The notes beneath the pieces were generated by a model. The model ran no database searches and was not told the origin of the DNA. It worked only from the letters and a program-made list of their open reading frames with translations. Source: Paraspadella gotoi (Eukaryota > Animalia > Chaetognatha). Taken from it: DNA of 64,000 bases. Each line of letters begins with the position of its first letter. Position 1 is the stretch's first letter. This document shows positions 1-50,289 of the stretch, one piece after another. The position numbers and the translations under genes are program-made. The stretch is taken from the NCBI GenBank assembly GCA_051294375.1, contig CM119267.1, positions 2,222,793 to 2,286,792 on the forward strand. Reading direction: 5' to 3'.

Positions 1-655
1 TGAGAGGACGGTGAAACTCATGTGCAAGAGTGTTTCACTGTGACCACCTGAAGACTTTTCGGTGCTTAGTGGTCATACGGATATCAAGTGAAAAAGTGGC
101 AGATCTGGAATTCTCAATGGCCACCTATCATACAACTCTTTTATTTGCATTTCCCATCAATGCCATTCCATGACTGCCAACTGCATCAATGCCACTCTAT
201 AAATATAGCCACTCTTTCTATTGCCACTCCATCAATGCCATTCCATCAATGTCCATTCATGACTGCCACTTCATCAATGCCATTCAATTAAATGCGCACT
301 CTTTCATGCCACTTCCTCATCAATTTCACTCCATCAATTGCCTATATTTCATGTCTGCCAGACATCATTACCCACTCCACATCATTCCTCCAACCACAAC
401 ATCGACTCTGTCTCCACGTGTCAGCGTTCACGTGGTCAGCAACGTGTCGTCTTTATTCTTCCGTGTCTCCCTTTGATTCCTCCTTCCTCCTTCCTCCTCC
501 TCCTCCCCTCCTTTCTCCTCTCGATCTTCGTAGATTTTGTCGCCGCGAGTCGTCGTTTGTCATCGTCGTTGTGCATCGTCGTTTTTCGTGGTTGTCATCG
601 TCGTTGTCTCGTCGTTTTCGTCGTTGTCGATCGTCAACTTTTCCATAGTTTCAAA

Positions 656-666
656 TAGAGAGAGAG

Positions 667-706
<40 letters not shown>

Positions 707-740
707 AGAAGGAAGAGGAGAGAGACAGAGAGAGAGGAAC

Positions 741-781
<41 letters not shown>

Positions 782-888
782 GAGAGAGAGAGGAGAGAGA
801 GAGAGAGGAAGAGAGAGAGAAGAAAGAGAGAGAACAGAGGGAGAGAGAGAGGAAGAGAGAGAGAGATGAGGAGAGAGAGAGAAGAGAG

Positions 889-936
<48 letters not shown>

Positions 937-940
937 AGAA
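656..940. repeat. (AG/CT)n microsatellite, representative of dozens across the window; (GAC)n tracts at 7507-7580, 44447-44477, 56575-56610 and elsewhere
   Basis: Direct inspection; explains the SLSL/ERER ORFs. Confidence 0.95.
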
Positions 941-1756
941 AGTTGTCGAAAACGCCATCTGTTCCGCGTCCATTAATCCGCAGAGTCATGCTCGGTTGCG
1001 TCAGCGCAGGAATTGCAGATTACGTGCGAATAATTACGTGTGCAATGAAATGAATCGAAGGGTTATGATCTGAATTAATTCACGTGCGCAATCAAAAATT
1101 GCATATTACATAAAGATTAAAAACGATTGTTATTTAATACAATGGTAAATTCCGGTTAGCAATGAAAAAAATTCGTAAATTAAGACGCAGACTTATTGTA
1201 ATAATAGTAATGTAATGTATAATGTAATTGCATTTTAAAACAAATTATTTTAGATTTAAATTGGAAAAAAAATCACTAAGTTTTATATTTCGTTTTACTT
1301 TCAACAAATTCTTCGTCGTAGGGAGACGAATCGTAGGTCAAATTGACTGATAGGCTGGCGTGACAGTGTGACTGCCGTGACAGCGTGACTGGCTTTCCCT
1401 TCCTCTAACAAATAGAACAAAGCTTCTTTTGTTTTACGTGATACTTTTGAGTCTTTAATTTTTTTTCGTTATGTCTGTTTAAAAGTATTGGTTTAAGCCT
1501 TTTTAAAATTTATATTTTAAAATTGTTTTTTTTTTCTCCTTTTTTACGTCGAAATCCCCAAGTGTACAAAACTCAGGAGTACGAAAGAGAGACACGACGC
1601 CGACGACGACGACGAACGACGACGACGGCGATTTCCGCCAGTAAAAAACTCTTTCTTCTCTCTCTCCTCGTCTCTCTTCTCTCTGCTCTCTCTCTCCTCT
1701 CTCTCCTCTCTCTCCTCTCTCTTCTCTCTCTCATTTCCTCTCTCTCTCGTGCTCTC

Positions 1757-1788
<32 letters not shown>

Positions 1789-2409
1789 TTCTCTCCTTCT
1801 CCCTTTTTCCGCCCCGAGGCCCATTTTTTTGCCCCGGGGTCCGGATCGGGAACTGATCACCCTTGAAGTCTCAACTCTCGGCCAAGGGGGCGTTTCCCGG
1901 CACGAACATTTATGCTTTTGCGAAAACGTGGGCGCCGCAAAGGCAGCGCCCTGCAGCGCCCGGCGCGCTTCTGCAGCGCCGCTAAGCATTGCCAGTAAAA
2001 GTACTACAAAGGCTTGAAGTTTTTTTGTTTTTTTTTGGCCTCTTAAGGTTTGCGGCGGGTTTTCGTATCTCCGATTCCGTACACTCTTCAAAAACGAGGG
2101 CCTATCCGAGAGGCGCCCGATCATAGCGTAAATTCATAATTATGTTTATTTTTAGTTGCGCCGCGAGTATTCGGCAGAGCAACTATATTAGTCACTTTTG
2201 GTCGGTCTGTCGATCGGTTTGGTCGGGTCACGTCGGTATTTCTGTCTGTCGGTCTGTCCCTATAAAGAATAAGACGGAATACCAATGCATACGTATCATA
2301 ATTATAAAAGGATAAGGAAATTATTGTCCGTCCATGTGTCATATAATGTTACGTCATATCATATCATAAGGCAGTCACTGCGGCGCAACACAATTTGATT
2401 AACCATATA

Positions 2410-2590
2410 GAATAGAATTAGGTATAGTTTAGGGTAAGGATTATAATTATGTATTATATTAGGATAAGATTAGAAATTAAGTTTTAGATTTAGGGTAAGG
2501 AATTAGAATTAGTATTAAGATTTAGGGTAAGGGATTAGAATTAGGTATTAGATTAGGGTAAATGGATTAAGGTTAGTTATTGGGATTATT
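2410..2590 (+). repeat. Degenerate TTAGGG/TTAGG-like interstitial repeat (similar tracts at ~4735-4990 + and ~32225-32410 -)
   Basis: Recurrent ttagggtaagg / taaccctaacc words. Confidence 0.55.
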
Positions 2591-3820
2591 AATTTTTAAA
2601 AAAATCATTAAAGGTAAATATTTTTGGAGTATTAGAACTGAAATAGTGGCGCCTTTTGTAAAATAGTGCATTAAGGGTTTTTAAGGGCATTGAAAAGCCA
2701 AGAACATAAGAATATCCATAGAAAAGTCAATGCCACATTGGCTTTATATGTCTGGGTAGAACGGCATCTCTCAGCCTCTCACATTGGCGTCCTTTGCCCA
2801 CCTCCCAGGCGCTGCAATCTCCCCGGCGCTGCATCTTCCCGGCGCTGCATTTTTTTTTTGAAAAAGCGAACCATGAAATCTCGTTGGGGCGAAAAATTTT
2901 TTTCTCTTTCTCTTCGGACGAAAACTGTTATTTTTTTCCCCTGAAGCAAAAAGTTTTTTTTAATGTCAAAGACGTTAAAAAAGTATAAGTTTAATGAGTA
3001 AGAATTTCCTCGGTTTATACGCAGAAAAAAGGTTATTTTTTTCTTAGTTTGTTTTGTTAGGAGTTATAGTTTGTCAGTAATATAATCTAAACAAGTCATC
3101 GAAATGAATAAAACGTAATATTATTCTTCCAGTTTCGGATGAAATTGTAATAACTTTAAATTTATTTCCAAAAGGTTTAAAATCGTTTAACTATTCCATT
3201 TAACTTGATTTGCACTACGGTTTTCACTGTGATCATTATTCCCCTTTCCTCGTGATTCAAGCCGACGTCACTTTTTTTCACAATGTCTTATTTTTCTCTG
3301 TGCGTCACATTCATGGCCTTAATTTTACAAAGATCACTTTTCATAACGAGGTCACTTTTTGAACCCAGGTGACCTTTTCACAAGGCGTACTTTTTCAGTT
3401 TTCACTCTTAAGTCGTTGACTCGTGAGCTCTTTCGAAAGAATTTCGCCCAAGTCCACAATCAGAATACTAATTCCTGCGTAGGTTGCCATGGGCGAACGA
3501 AGATAAACGATGACGCTGATGGAAAAAAAAAATCACCGACAAAACGATGATAAAGTGTCTATTTTGATGTAGACAGAGACGTTTGATAATGATGACGTCG
3601 AAAAGATTAGGGATGACACAGATATATGAGATGGCGAGGTTTTGTAGACGATGGAAAAATTAGAGACAGATCAACGACCCTGTCTCTGTCTCTCTCTTGT
3701 TCCTGGCTTTCTCTGTATCTTTCTCCTCTCTCTCCTCTCTCTCACTCCCTCATCTCTCAGTTCGTCCTCCCGTCCCTCTCTCCGTCCTCGCCTCCCTTCC
3801 CCGTCCTGCCTTCTCTCGTC

Positions 3821-3855
<35 letters not shown>

Positions 3856-5089
3856 CTCTTCCCTTTCTCTACTCTCTCTCCCTCTCTCTCTCCCTCCTCC
3901 TCTCCGTCTCTCTCCTCTCTCCTCTCTCATATTCACCTTAACGCGAATCTAATCTGGGATGAAATTCAATAAACCTACTCGGAGCTTCCGCTCCCGCAGG
4001 AAAACCTTGAGATTTGACCCACACATCGCGACGAAGAACGACCGCTCGTAAAAACGACGACAACGACGACGCGACGACGACGAAAGAGTGAGTGAAAAGT
4101 GACCACCAGTGGCTTCGGCGAATGAATGTTAAACGCAGTGTGGCGGATAAGACCCCAATTTATAGATAATTACATGACATTTTACTGCCCTAACTATAAC
4201 ATCAATGCACAGCTGATCAACTGCCTACTTTCAAACTTACCCGGTCCTGCTTTTGTTATTATCTTGGTGGGAACTTAACACAAGAGACATACTCGCCCGT
4301 CCAAACAATGGGCAGGTAGTTGATTATCTATAAAGAATGGATAATTGTTTATTTGGTCCTATACCAGTTTCAATAATTATTTCAGTAGGACAGAGAGAGG
4401 GACAAAAGGTGAGCCTAAAGACATTACTAAAAAAAAGGAAATTGCGACAAAGGCCTAAGACAATCGCGTCTAAGAAAAAAGAAATGATTGTAGCGAATTT
4501 GTTGAGGTCAAAAGTCAACGATTTTTTTTGCTGCAGCGAATTCGAAAAAAAAAAAGAAAAAAAGAAGAAAGAAAATCCCAGTTTTTTATTTTCTTTTCTA
4601 TTTTTTGTTTCTTTCGTTTTTTTTTTTGTTTATTACTTCTGCCAAAAATAGAAACAACGTTTTCGTTTTTTTCGAGCAGAAACTTTGGCTTATTTTCCAA
4701 AAACGCCCCGTCTGACTTAAATTCGGAATTAAAATTCGGTTTTAGGGTTGAAGATTAAGTTAACGGTTATGGATTTGGTTAATGAGTTAAGGATTAGCGT
4801 CAATGGCTTTGGTTTAATGGTTAATGGATCGAGTTTAGGATTAGAGAAAGGATTAAGCATGAAAGGTTAAGGAAAAGATTAGAGATATGATATTATAATT
4901 AATATAACATATAGATATGGATAGAGTTTAGGGAATAAGGTTAGAGTTATAGATTTGGATTCTGTATTAGAGTTTAAATTAGGTTTCAGAATTATGACAC
5001 ATGTTCATTGAACAATGGCAAAATTTAATTCAGTTGTATAACAATTTTGTTACATGTTCATAACCTTTCTTTTCCGTTGTTATTTAATA

Positions 5090-5270
5090 TTTAGAAGAAA
5101 ACAAAGTGTTTTGTATTTTTACAGAACAACGATTTATTTTAATAGACGGACATGTTTCACTCTTTGGGCTTTCGAGTCAAATGCGATGAAGACTCGAACA
5201 AAGAGTCGAAACATGTACGTCTATTAAAATAAATCGTTGTAACAAAAACAAAAACACTGTTTTCTCTAAA
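5090..5270. mobile_element. Penelope-like retroelement terminus in inverted arrangement, with a minimal hammerhead ribozyme motif
   Basis: ~85-bp inverted arms; the + arm reads GATGAA-GACTC-gaacaaa-GAGTC-GAAA-CATGT followed by AATAAA; the other arm has GAAACATGTC. Confidence 0.6.
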
Positions 5271-6169
5271 CAATTTAGTTAAAAAAACTCCAGCGAAGAG
5301 ACGGTTTTAGTTTAGGTCCGAGGAACAACTTTTTGTACATTTAAAATAACGAATTGAAATTTTAGGGTTTTTTCTTAAGAATATATATAGAACGTTGTTT
5401 TATTATTTTTTTTGCATTGTATGAATTAGAAAAAAACTTATGCTGAAATTAAAGTTACTCTGCCAAACTGAATTTTTTTTATGGAAATTGTAGGCTGCAA
5501 TTCATATTCAAATAAAAGGACGTGTCTGAGCGAGCCTAATTCGTCTCTCTCTCTCTCTCTTCTCTTTCCTCTTCCTCTCTCTCTCTTCTCTCTCTCCTCT
5601 CTCTCTCGTCTCTCTTTTCATCACGAGGGGCTCAAAGCGCAAAATTGAAAAGGCGCTGAAATGGAGTTTGAAATAAAAAATAAAAGACCGAGAATATTTT
5701 TTTTTTATCTTGTTTCTTTCGCTCCGCTCTCTTTTTTTTTTTTAACTCCCTCTCTGTCTGTAGTCTTCACCATGCTTACTCTTTCTCCGTTTCTTAACTC
5801 CTTCTCTCCCTCTCTTCTCTATTATGCTTTACCTTTCTCTTTTTTTTTTTCGTCCCTCTTCTTCTTTTTCTTTTTCCTCTCCCTTCATCTCCCTCCGCTC
5901 CTCACTCTCTCCCCTATTTTTTCTTCCCTCTCCCTCTCTCTCCCCCCTCTCTCTCTTTCTCTCCCTCTCTCTCTCTCTCTCATACTTCTATCGTCGAGAT
6001 GTTTTCTTCAAAGTCTTAATACGAGTCGCTTTCACCCGGCGGCCAACCAGAAAAAATCCATTTCACACATTTTCAACCCTCGTTTTTTTCTCCACGAGAT
6101 CTTAACTGGCGGTCATCGTTAAGTTTACTTGCATTCAGAGAGATTGCGATAAATCTCCTCGGATCATGA

Positions 6170-7000
6170 ATATCATCATGATATCCACTTGAAATCATCT
6201 TGAATATCATCATTGAATATTATCTTGAATCTCATCTTGAATCTCTCATCTTGAATTCATCATGAATACATTTTTGAATAAATATTGAAACTTCATCTTG
6301 AATTTCATCTTGAATATCATCTTGAATATCATCTTGATAATGCATTCTTAATCTCATCTTGAATAATATCATGAATATCATCTTAAATATAATCATCCTT
6401 GAATATCATTCTTGAATATCATCTTTAATATCATTCTATGTAATATCATCTGGAATATTATTTGAATCTCACCTTGAATCTCATCTTGAATCTCATCTTG
6501 GAACTCATCTTGAATATCAATCATGAATATCATTTTGATATGATCTGAATCTCATCTTTGAATCACATTTTAAATATCATCTTGAATATCATTTTGAATA
6601 TCATCTTGAATTCATGTTTGAATCCATCTTGCGAATCTCATCTTGAATTTATCTTGAAATATATTTGAATCTCATCTTGAATCTCATCTTGAATCACATT
6701 TTTAAATATCATCTTGAATTCATTTTGAATATCATCTTGATATATATTTTGAATCTCATCTTGATATCCTATACTTGAATATTCAATTTGAATATATCCT
6801 TGAATACTCAGTCTTGAATCTCATCTTAAATAGTATCTTAAAATATCATTCTTGCATATCTTCTTGAATCTCATTTGAAATCCATCTTGAATCTATCTTA
6901 AATATCATTTTGAATTATCATCTTGAATCTATCTTGAATCTCATCTCCAGTCTCATCTTAAATTATATTTTGAATATCATTTTGAATCTCATCTGAATCT
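6170..7000. repeat. 12-bp minisatellite (ATCTTGAATMTC)n
   Basis: Dozens of degenerate tandem units. Confidence 0.92.
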
Positions 7001-7295
7001 CATAATCGTCCTTTTTTCGTCAACTATATCTTTTTTTTAATTCGTATCTTTTCATCTTTTCTCTTTTAGGCTTTAAAATCTTAATTGCTACACCATTCGC
7101 AAGTTTCATTGACATAAAAAAAAAGATTCTTCTTTTTTTTGGTTTATTATTCCGTAATTAATATTTCTTTTGAGCAAAAAAAAAATAAAACTCTTTTCGC
7201 CGCTTTGAATGAAATTCGAGATCCGAGTTATGAGGCCTAAAAATTTACTGAAATAAAATGGATGAAGGAAATAAAATGCCGTCTTCTTGTTGAGT

Positions 7296-7340
<45 letters not shown>

Positions 7341-7506
7341 GAGGAGAGAGAGAGGAGAAGACAAAAACAGCTCAGGATGATGCTATAAGATTTTATGATC
7401 GCCTTTGGTGGCCGCTTTTTTTCGAAAAAATCNNNNNNNNNNNNNNNNNNNNNNNNNGGTGATAACGTGATACTGCAATTCATAATCTTGTGACGTCGAC
7501 AAAAAG

Positions 7507-7580
<74 letters not shown>

Positions 7581-7652
7581 ATTTGTTTTCATCGTTGAAT
7601 CTTTATTTGTTGTAACGTCATTAGCTTCCATCTCAGTCCCCATCATCGTAAT

Positions 7653-7701
<49 letters not shown>

Positions 7702-8606
7702 TGAGAGAGAGATTTAAAAAGAGCGGTCTTCAATCAGAAACAAAGATTTCGTTAATTGGTTTAAAATTTTAGAAAAAAATTTGGTTGTTGTCTTCATATG
7801 TTGTCGTTGTCGTTGTTGTTGTTATCATCGTCGTTGTTGTTCTTATGAAAGCTGTAAAATTAAAATCTGGCCGTAATGTAGAAATAAAACTGAGGCATCA
7901 CAAAATACGAATCACACAATCACTGTGAAATAAAACGTTTCATGCGGTGGCGTCTCTTAACATTTTTAGATTTAATTAAAATACAAATCTGACTAAATCT
8001 TTATAATAAAAAAAACAAACAAACGAATCCGCAAAGTTAAATGTCATTTTTAAAGTGAATTACAAAACATTGTTTTTCGTTAACCTACACATCCATAAAT
8101 TACTAATAGGCAGTTATATATTACAAAGACACTCTAAATATTATTAACAGGCGGATAGCCGGTGACTTCGTTGCAATGACAATAATATTGTTTATTAAAT
8201 AAAAAATATTTACTTTTTATTATTAAAATTACTCTGATAAAGGTTTGGGAGCTCATATGACTCAAATGACTTTTATCGTCTCCGTTTTTCCTTGTTTATA
8301 CTCTGCTTCTGTTGTCTCATATGTCCTTAAGGTCTGAAGTCAATACCCTACAGGGCCTCCACTAATCCTGACTCTGTCACTAAAACTTTTATTTTTAACC
8401 TAGAAAGTGGTTTTTCCCGAGTAAATAAAATATTTTACTTTNNNNNNNNNNNNNNNNNNNNNNNNNGTAGGAAAGGAAAGAGAGAAATATTTCACCATCG
8501 ATGGGATGAGAAAGAAAGAACATAAAAAATAAATAGAGGGGAGAAAAAGCAATTTGAAAATAAATGAGTAAAAAGAAAAGGTTTATAGCGGGTGGTTTCG
8601 ACGCCG

Positions 8607-8674
<68 letters not shown>

Positions 8675-8988
8675 CCTAGAATTGGAACAGTTCGGCGGAG
8701 GAAAGGAAAATAAATGGGAGGAAATAAAAGCGAGAAGAAAAATAAAACGGAAGAAAAAAGGAAAAAAGAAAAAAAAAGTTGTGCCGTAATTTCGTCGGCG
8801 TTTCAAAATTAATCCCGGCCTTTTTCCTCCTTTTTTTCTCCTCCTCCTCTTCCTCCCTCCTCCCGAGACAGATGCTTCAGAACAGGTGCAAGGATAAGAT
8901 TTAATTCCTCTACACCTTGTTTGAATAATCCCCCATCTGATTTGAGACTAATGGAAAATATGAATGAAGAATTAAGGATGTAGCTCTT

Positions 8989-9038
<50 letters not shown>

Positions 9039-9618
9039 CCTCTCTCTCTCTCTCTCTGGCGTGAGGGCAGAATACAAATCGCCACCAGCTCAACCGGATA
9101 ACGGAAATTTTAAAGATTACAAATTTCTGTATTTAGCGTCACTGCATAGAAGGCAAAGGCTTTTTCCGTATGAAAGAAGAGAGAAATAACCAAAAGTTAA
9201 CAATTCAACGTGAAAGCTAATATTAATAAATATACAATCCAATTTTTTTTTTTAGATTTTCATTTGTGTTTTTTTTTTCTGTAAATGAAATAAATCTATT
9301 ATACATTATTCTTTTTTTGTTCGCCATTCGTCAACTAAGACTTTAAGAAAATAGATATTTTATAAAAAAAAATTATTATAGGAAAATATATAATGAGAAA
9401 AAGTAATAAATCCTAGGAGTCTTTTATAATGAATTAATAAAAAAAACCAGTTAATAAAAAATAAAGGAAAAGTTTCTCTCTTTCTCTCTCAGTCAGGATC
9501 AAACAGCGGAAGTCGAAAACTTCCATTGAAATAAATGTTTTTCTGGCTTGTGTTCTTTTTTTTATTTCCCCGTCAGAAAACAGTAAATTTGTCAGAAACA
9601 AACAGAAGCGATCGCTTT

Positions 9619-9666
<48 letters not shown>

Positions 9667-9924
9667 AGAAAAAAGTCAATAAAAAAGCATTTAAAAGTGA
9701 ATTAAATTTGTTTTTCCATAATCTATTTCTTACAAAACGAATTAAAAAAAAATCGATAAGAAAAACAAACGAACTTTGGAACCGATTTAGTTAGAGAATG
9801 AATCTCTTTGCAGCACCCCTTCAAAGCACCCCTTTACAGCACCCCTGATACAACAATCCCTTTGCAGCATCCCTGATACAACAATCCCTTTGCAGCAACC
9901 CTGATGCAACACCCCGCCCGGCCG

Positions 9925-45385
<35,461 letters not shown>

Positions 45386-45554
45386 CAATTCGTTGGCTCC
45401 TCGGAGGTAAGTCCCGAGATACTTCCGCTCCTATAAAGACCGAGGGTTTTTTCCCTTCTTAGCTGGGTTCGGAAACGGCGCTGCACTCAAGGAAGGAAAC
45501 GTCTGAAACAAAGATAGAGATGGAGTGGGTATGAGAGTGAGTGGAAGGAGGGGG

Positions 45555-45683
<129 letters not shown>

Positions 45684-46727
45684 TAAAAATGTGAATTGTG
45701 AGTTTTGAGATGTTGCTGTGATTTCGACGAGCGAACATTTTCTTGNNNNNNNNNNNNNNNNNNNNNNNNNNNNNNNNNNNNNNNNNNNNNNNNNNNNNNN
45801 NNNNNNNNNNNNNNNNNNNNNNNNNNNNNNNNNNNNNNNNNNNNNNNNNNNNNNNNNNNNNNNNNNNNNNNNNNNNNNNNNNNNNNNNNNNNNNNNNNNN
45901 NNNNNNNNNNNNNNNNNNNNNNNNNNNNNNNNNNNNNNNNNNNNNNNNNNNNNNNNNNNNNNNNNNNNNNNNNNNNNNNNNNNNNNNNNNNNNNNNNNNN
46001 NNNNNNNNNNNNNNNNNNNNNNNNNNNNNNNNNNNNNNNNNNNNNNNNNNNNNNNNNNNNNNNNNNNNNNNNNNNNNNNNNNNNNNNNNNNNNNNNNNNN
46101 NNNNNNNNNNNNNNNNNNNNNNNNNNNNNNNNNNNNNNNNNNNNNNNNNNNNNNNNNNNNNNNNNNNNNNNNNNNNNNNNNNNNNNNNNNNNNNNNNNNN
46201 NNNNNNNNNNNNNNNNNNNNNNNNNNNNNNTCTCTCGTCTCACTTCCACCCGGATTCACTCTCTTTTTAGTGTCGCTTTTTTATTTATTTATTTATTTTT
46301 TCGGTTTCCATGGAGACGCTTGCTCGAGAGAGAAAATGGCGGAGATGCGAGACCGGATTTCCTCCTTTTATTTATTTTTTTTCTTCCTTTTTTCTTCCTT
46401 TTTTATCCTTTTCTTTCACGGCGTTTTCGTGGCATTTCGTTTCATCCTTCTCTCGCGCTCGCTCGCTTTAACTCTCTCTCACTCTCCCGACTCTCTCCCT
46501 TTCTGTCTTTGTTGTTTCCACTGTTTACGGCGATCGGGCCTTATTTCATGCGTTTTTTATNNNNNNNNNNNNNNNNNNNNNNNNNCGTTTGCTCCAGCCC
46601 CCTGATCAGCTCCAATCGCTTCAACCCAGTGGAGGATAAACAAAAACTTCTAATGCTCCAACGCGAAGATGGAAAAACGCGGAGCGAAATTTGCGGCCAA
46701 CGCTCGCTCGAACCGCAAAAAATAATT

Positions 46728-46761
<34 letters not shown>

Positions 46762-47881
46762 GAGGAGAGAGAGAGAGAGAGAGTCATATAGCTGCAGATC
46801 TCTCCCGGAACGCAGCCGTCCACACCGGAGCACGGCGTCGCGGCTGCCGACCGACCTCACTTCTCCTTCCGCGGCTTCTTCCGGCTCGGATCGGGGAGAT
46901 TTTCCTCTCTCGATGGGAGTCGGGCTTTCCTTCCGGTCGAAGTCCGAGCCGATCAGGGTGGCGCGGATGCTCTCATCTCTCTATCGCTCTTCTCTCTTTT
47001 GCTCTCATCTCTATCCGTTGCTTTTCTTGCTCTCTAATTTCTCTTTATTCTTTTTTTTAAAATATAAATATTTTATCATCCTCACACTTCTTTATTTGTC
47101 AATTTTGGTATTTAATTAGCAAATAAACTGAAATAAAACATAACTTTTAAAAATTTTTACTTATGATAATGTTTTATTTATGTATTTTGTTGTCTTTCAT
47201 TTTGGTTTTATTTAGCAGCGTCAAATAGTAACTACATTTCTTTCATTTATTTTCCTTTCGATTATCAAGACATTTAATTTTTTTTTTTAGGATTTTCTTG
47301 GATTCATTTTTTTTCTTCTACTTTTCTTTCTTCTTTGGTATTATAATTTTTTTCACTGAAACAACCAATAACAATTAATTTGAAAATTTTAATATTAAAA
47401 ATTATTTAAAATGATAAAATATATAAAAAACAATTGATTAAATTATTTATTTCCAATCTTTCTTTCTTTCTTTTTTTTCTTTCTTTCTTTTTGCCTTCTT
47501 TTTTCTCCTTCTTTCTTTCGCGATATCTTTTTCTTTCTTCAATTAATTCTTGCTTAATTTTCAAAAAGGCGCTTATCTCGCTAAAAAAAAAACATCCGCA
47601 GATCATCGACTTCGCTCGGAGGCAGAGAGAGACGACGTGTAAGAAGAGAGAGAAAGAGTAAGCTCAGTAGCTGCGGCTCCGCTCGGATCGAATTTGCAAG
47701 CCGTCGCGGATCGGAGATAAGGAAGAAGGAAGAGGAAGAGGGTAAGATGAAGCCGAGCGAAAAGTAAGTCGAAGGCAGGGAGCAGCCGGCTCGGCGCCGC
47801 GCGCCGCTGCTGCCCGGAGGCTGCGCTGATACGAAAGGCTCCTGAAGTATACGCCATGGAGAGAGAGATAGAGAGAGCAGA

Positions 47882-47933
<52 letters not shown>

Positions 47934-48124
47934 CGAGAGCCGCCATTTTGAATCGGAGCACATCATCTCGTTGGTCGATGAAAAAAGGAGTGGGTGGAGG
48001 GACACGCCGCCTTCGGATGTAACTGGGCGAAAATACAGCGAAAACCCGCATCAAATGAAACTTCTCTCTAATCTTCTTTTCTGCTATATCTCTCCTCTCT
48101 CTCTCTCTCTCTCTGCTCTCTCTA

Positions 48125-48156
<32 letters not shown>

Positions 48157-48934
48157 ATCCTCTCTCTCTCTCTATCTCTCTCTCTCTCTTCTCTCTCCCT
48201 CTCTCCTCCATTCCTCCATTATCGGCTCCAAGGAGAACAACAACAAAAGGGAATCAAGGAACTGCGAGGAGGAACGAGAACGCCATTAGTGGAGGAAAAG
48301 GAAGAAAGGGAGGAAAGAAAAGAGATATAAAGCGAAAAAACGGAGGAAAGAAAAGAAATTTATAGAGAAAGGAAAGAAAAAATAAATATACGGAGAGAGA
48401 AAAAAAGGAATAAAAAAAATCTCAGGGAAATACAAGCAGAAAAAAGATGAGTCTGAAATCTTCGGTTCGTTTCGACCACGAACCGCTCATCAAACGAATC
48501 TAATAAAAAAAACAAGAGTAACAACATGAATTAACAACAACAACTACGAAATACACAACGAACAACGATACCTCGCATATCACGTAAGCAATTCTGTCCT
48601 TGTGGACGAGATCCCAAAAAGAAAAATCGTAAAATAATAAAATAAAACTTAATGAAAAATAATTTAAAAAAAAAACCAAAACGAAATAGTGAGTTGTTGT
48701 AACAGAATGCTGTTAACCGACCTGCGGCTGCAGCAACCGGCAAACAGTAAAAAAGCATCATTTTCAGAGGAAACTGTAGTAGTGAGCATCGAGCAGCTGT
48801 GAACGAATTAATATGAATTAATAATATTATTCGGTCCTTTGGTGAGAAAAACAAAAACTCACTGGTTATAAATGATGGTTGTGGAAAAAGAAAGAGAGCG
48901 AGAGAGAGTCGCTTTTAATGACTAAAGTGTGGGG

Positions 48935-49018
<84 letters not shown>

Positions 49019-49200
49019 GAGAGAGAGAGAAGAGAGTAACGAATTTGTAACGATATTATTCAAGAGAAATCAAATATGGAGAAAGGAGGATGAAAATAAT
49101 ATTCAAAAACGCAGTCTTGTAGTAGAAAAAAGCCGTTGAATAACAAAATAACGGAAAACAACGGGAAGGAAAAAGAAGAGAAGAGAGAGTAGAGAGAGGA

Positions 49201-49258
<58 letters not shown>

Positions 49259-49617
49259 CGAGGAAGAGAGTATAAAAAACGCATGACAATAAGGCCCGAT
49301 CGGCCGTAAAACAGTGAAACAACAAAGACAGTAAGGGAGAGAGTCGGGAGAGTGAGAGAGAGTTAAAGCGAGCGAGCGCGAGAGAAAGGATGAAACGAAT
49401 GGCGCACGAAAACGGCCGTGAAGAAAAGGATAAAAAAGGAGAAAAAAAGGAAGTAAAAAAAATAAATAAAAGGAGGAAAATCCGGTTCTGCGCATCTGCC
49501 GCCATTTTCTCATCTCGAGCAAGCGTCCTCCCATGGAAAGCCGAACAAAAATAAATAAATAAATAAAACAACGACAAAACTAAAAGAGAGTGAAATCCGG
49601 GTGGAAGTGAGACCGAG

Positions 49618-49670
<53 letters not shown>

Positions 49671-50071
49671 GAGAGAGAGAGAGAGAGAGAGAGTCTCTAT
49701 GAGTAGGGGGAGTTGGCGTTGACGTTGTTGACGGAGGGCGAGCGGTCGAAATTAGGACGCCAATCTTTATCGCGCCTACGGGAAGGGAAGAATCCCTAGC
49801 GAGGCCGGCAGCCGGCCGCCAGCCGTCGCGCACCAGCCGCCGAACTCCGCGTCAGCCTTTTAAGCTGACGAGGCCTAATATTCTTTCGCCTCCAGCTCAC
49901 CTCCAGTTCGCTTTCCCTAAACTGCCTTACCTTACCAACCAAAAATGCGCGCTCAAGAAAAATGTTTCGCGATCGTCGAAATCACAGCAACATCTCAAAC
50001 GTGCACAATTGCACATTTTTTATTTTCATCTCGTCTGCTCGTCTCTTCTCTCTCCTCTCTCTCGTCTCTCG

Positions 50072-50125
<54 letters not shown>

Positions 50126-50289
50126 CCCCTCCTTCCACTCCTCTCATACCCACTCATCTCTATCTTTGTTTCAGACGTTTCCTTCCTTGAGTGCAGCGCC
50201 GTTTCCGAACCCAGCTAAGAAGGGAAAAAACCTCGGTCTTTATATGGAGCGGAAGTTCTCGGGACTTACCTCCGAGGAGCCAACGAATT

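Noticed and set aside
1-2020. Possible exon fragments (1-47 minus; GC-rich 1810-2015 minus, AFVVLLLAMLSGAAEARR..)
   Set aside because: No recognisable homology or consistent splice chain; the region appears error-rich.
2410-2590. Telomere
   Set aside because: Highly degenerate, short and interstitial.
6170-7000. Regular repeat array resembling CRISPR
   Set aside because: Head-to-tail 12-mers with no unique spacers and no cas genes; eukaryotic context.
49862-49900. CTGACGAGGCC hammerhead-like half core
   Set aside because: No complementary stem II or GAAA follows.
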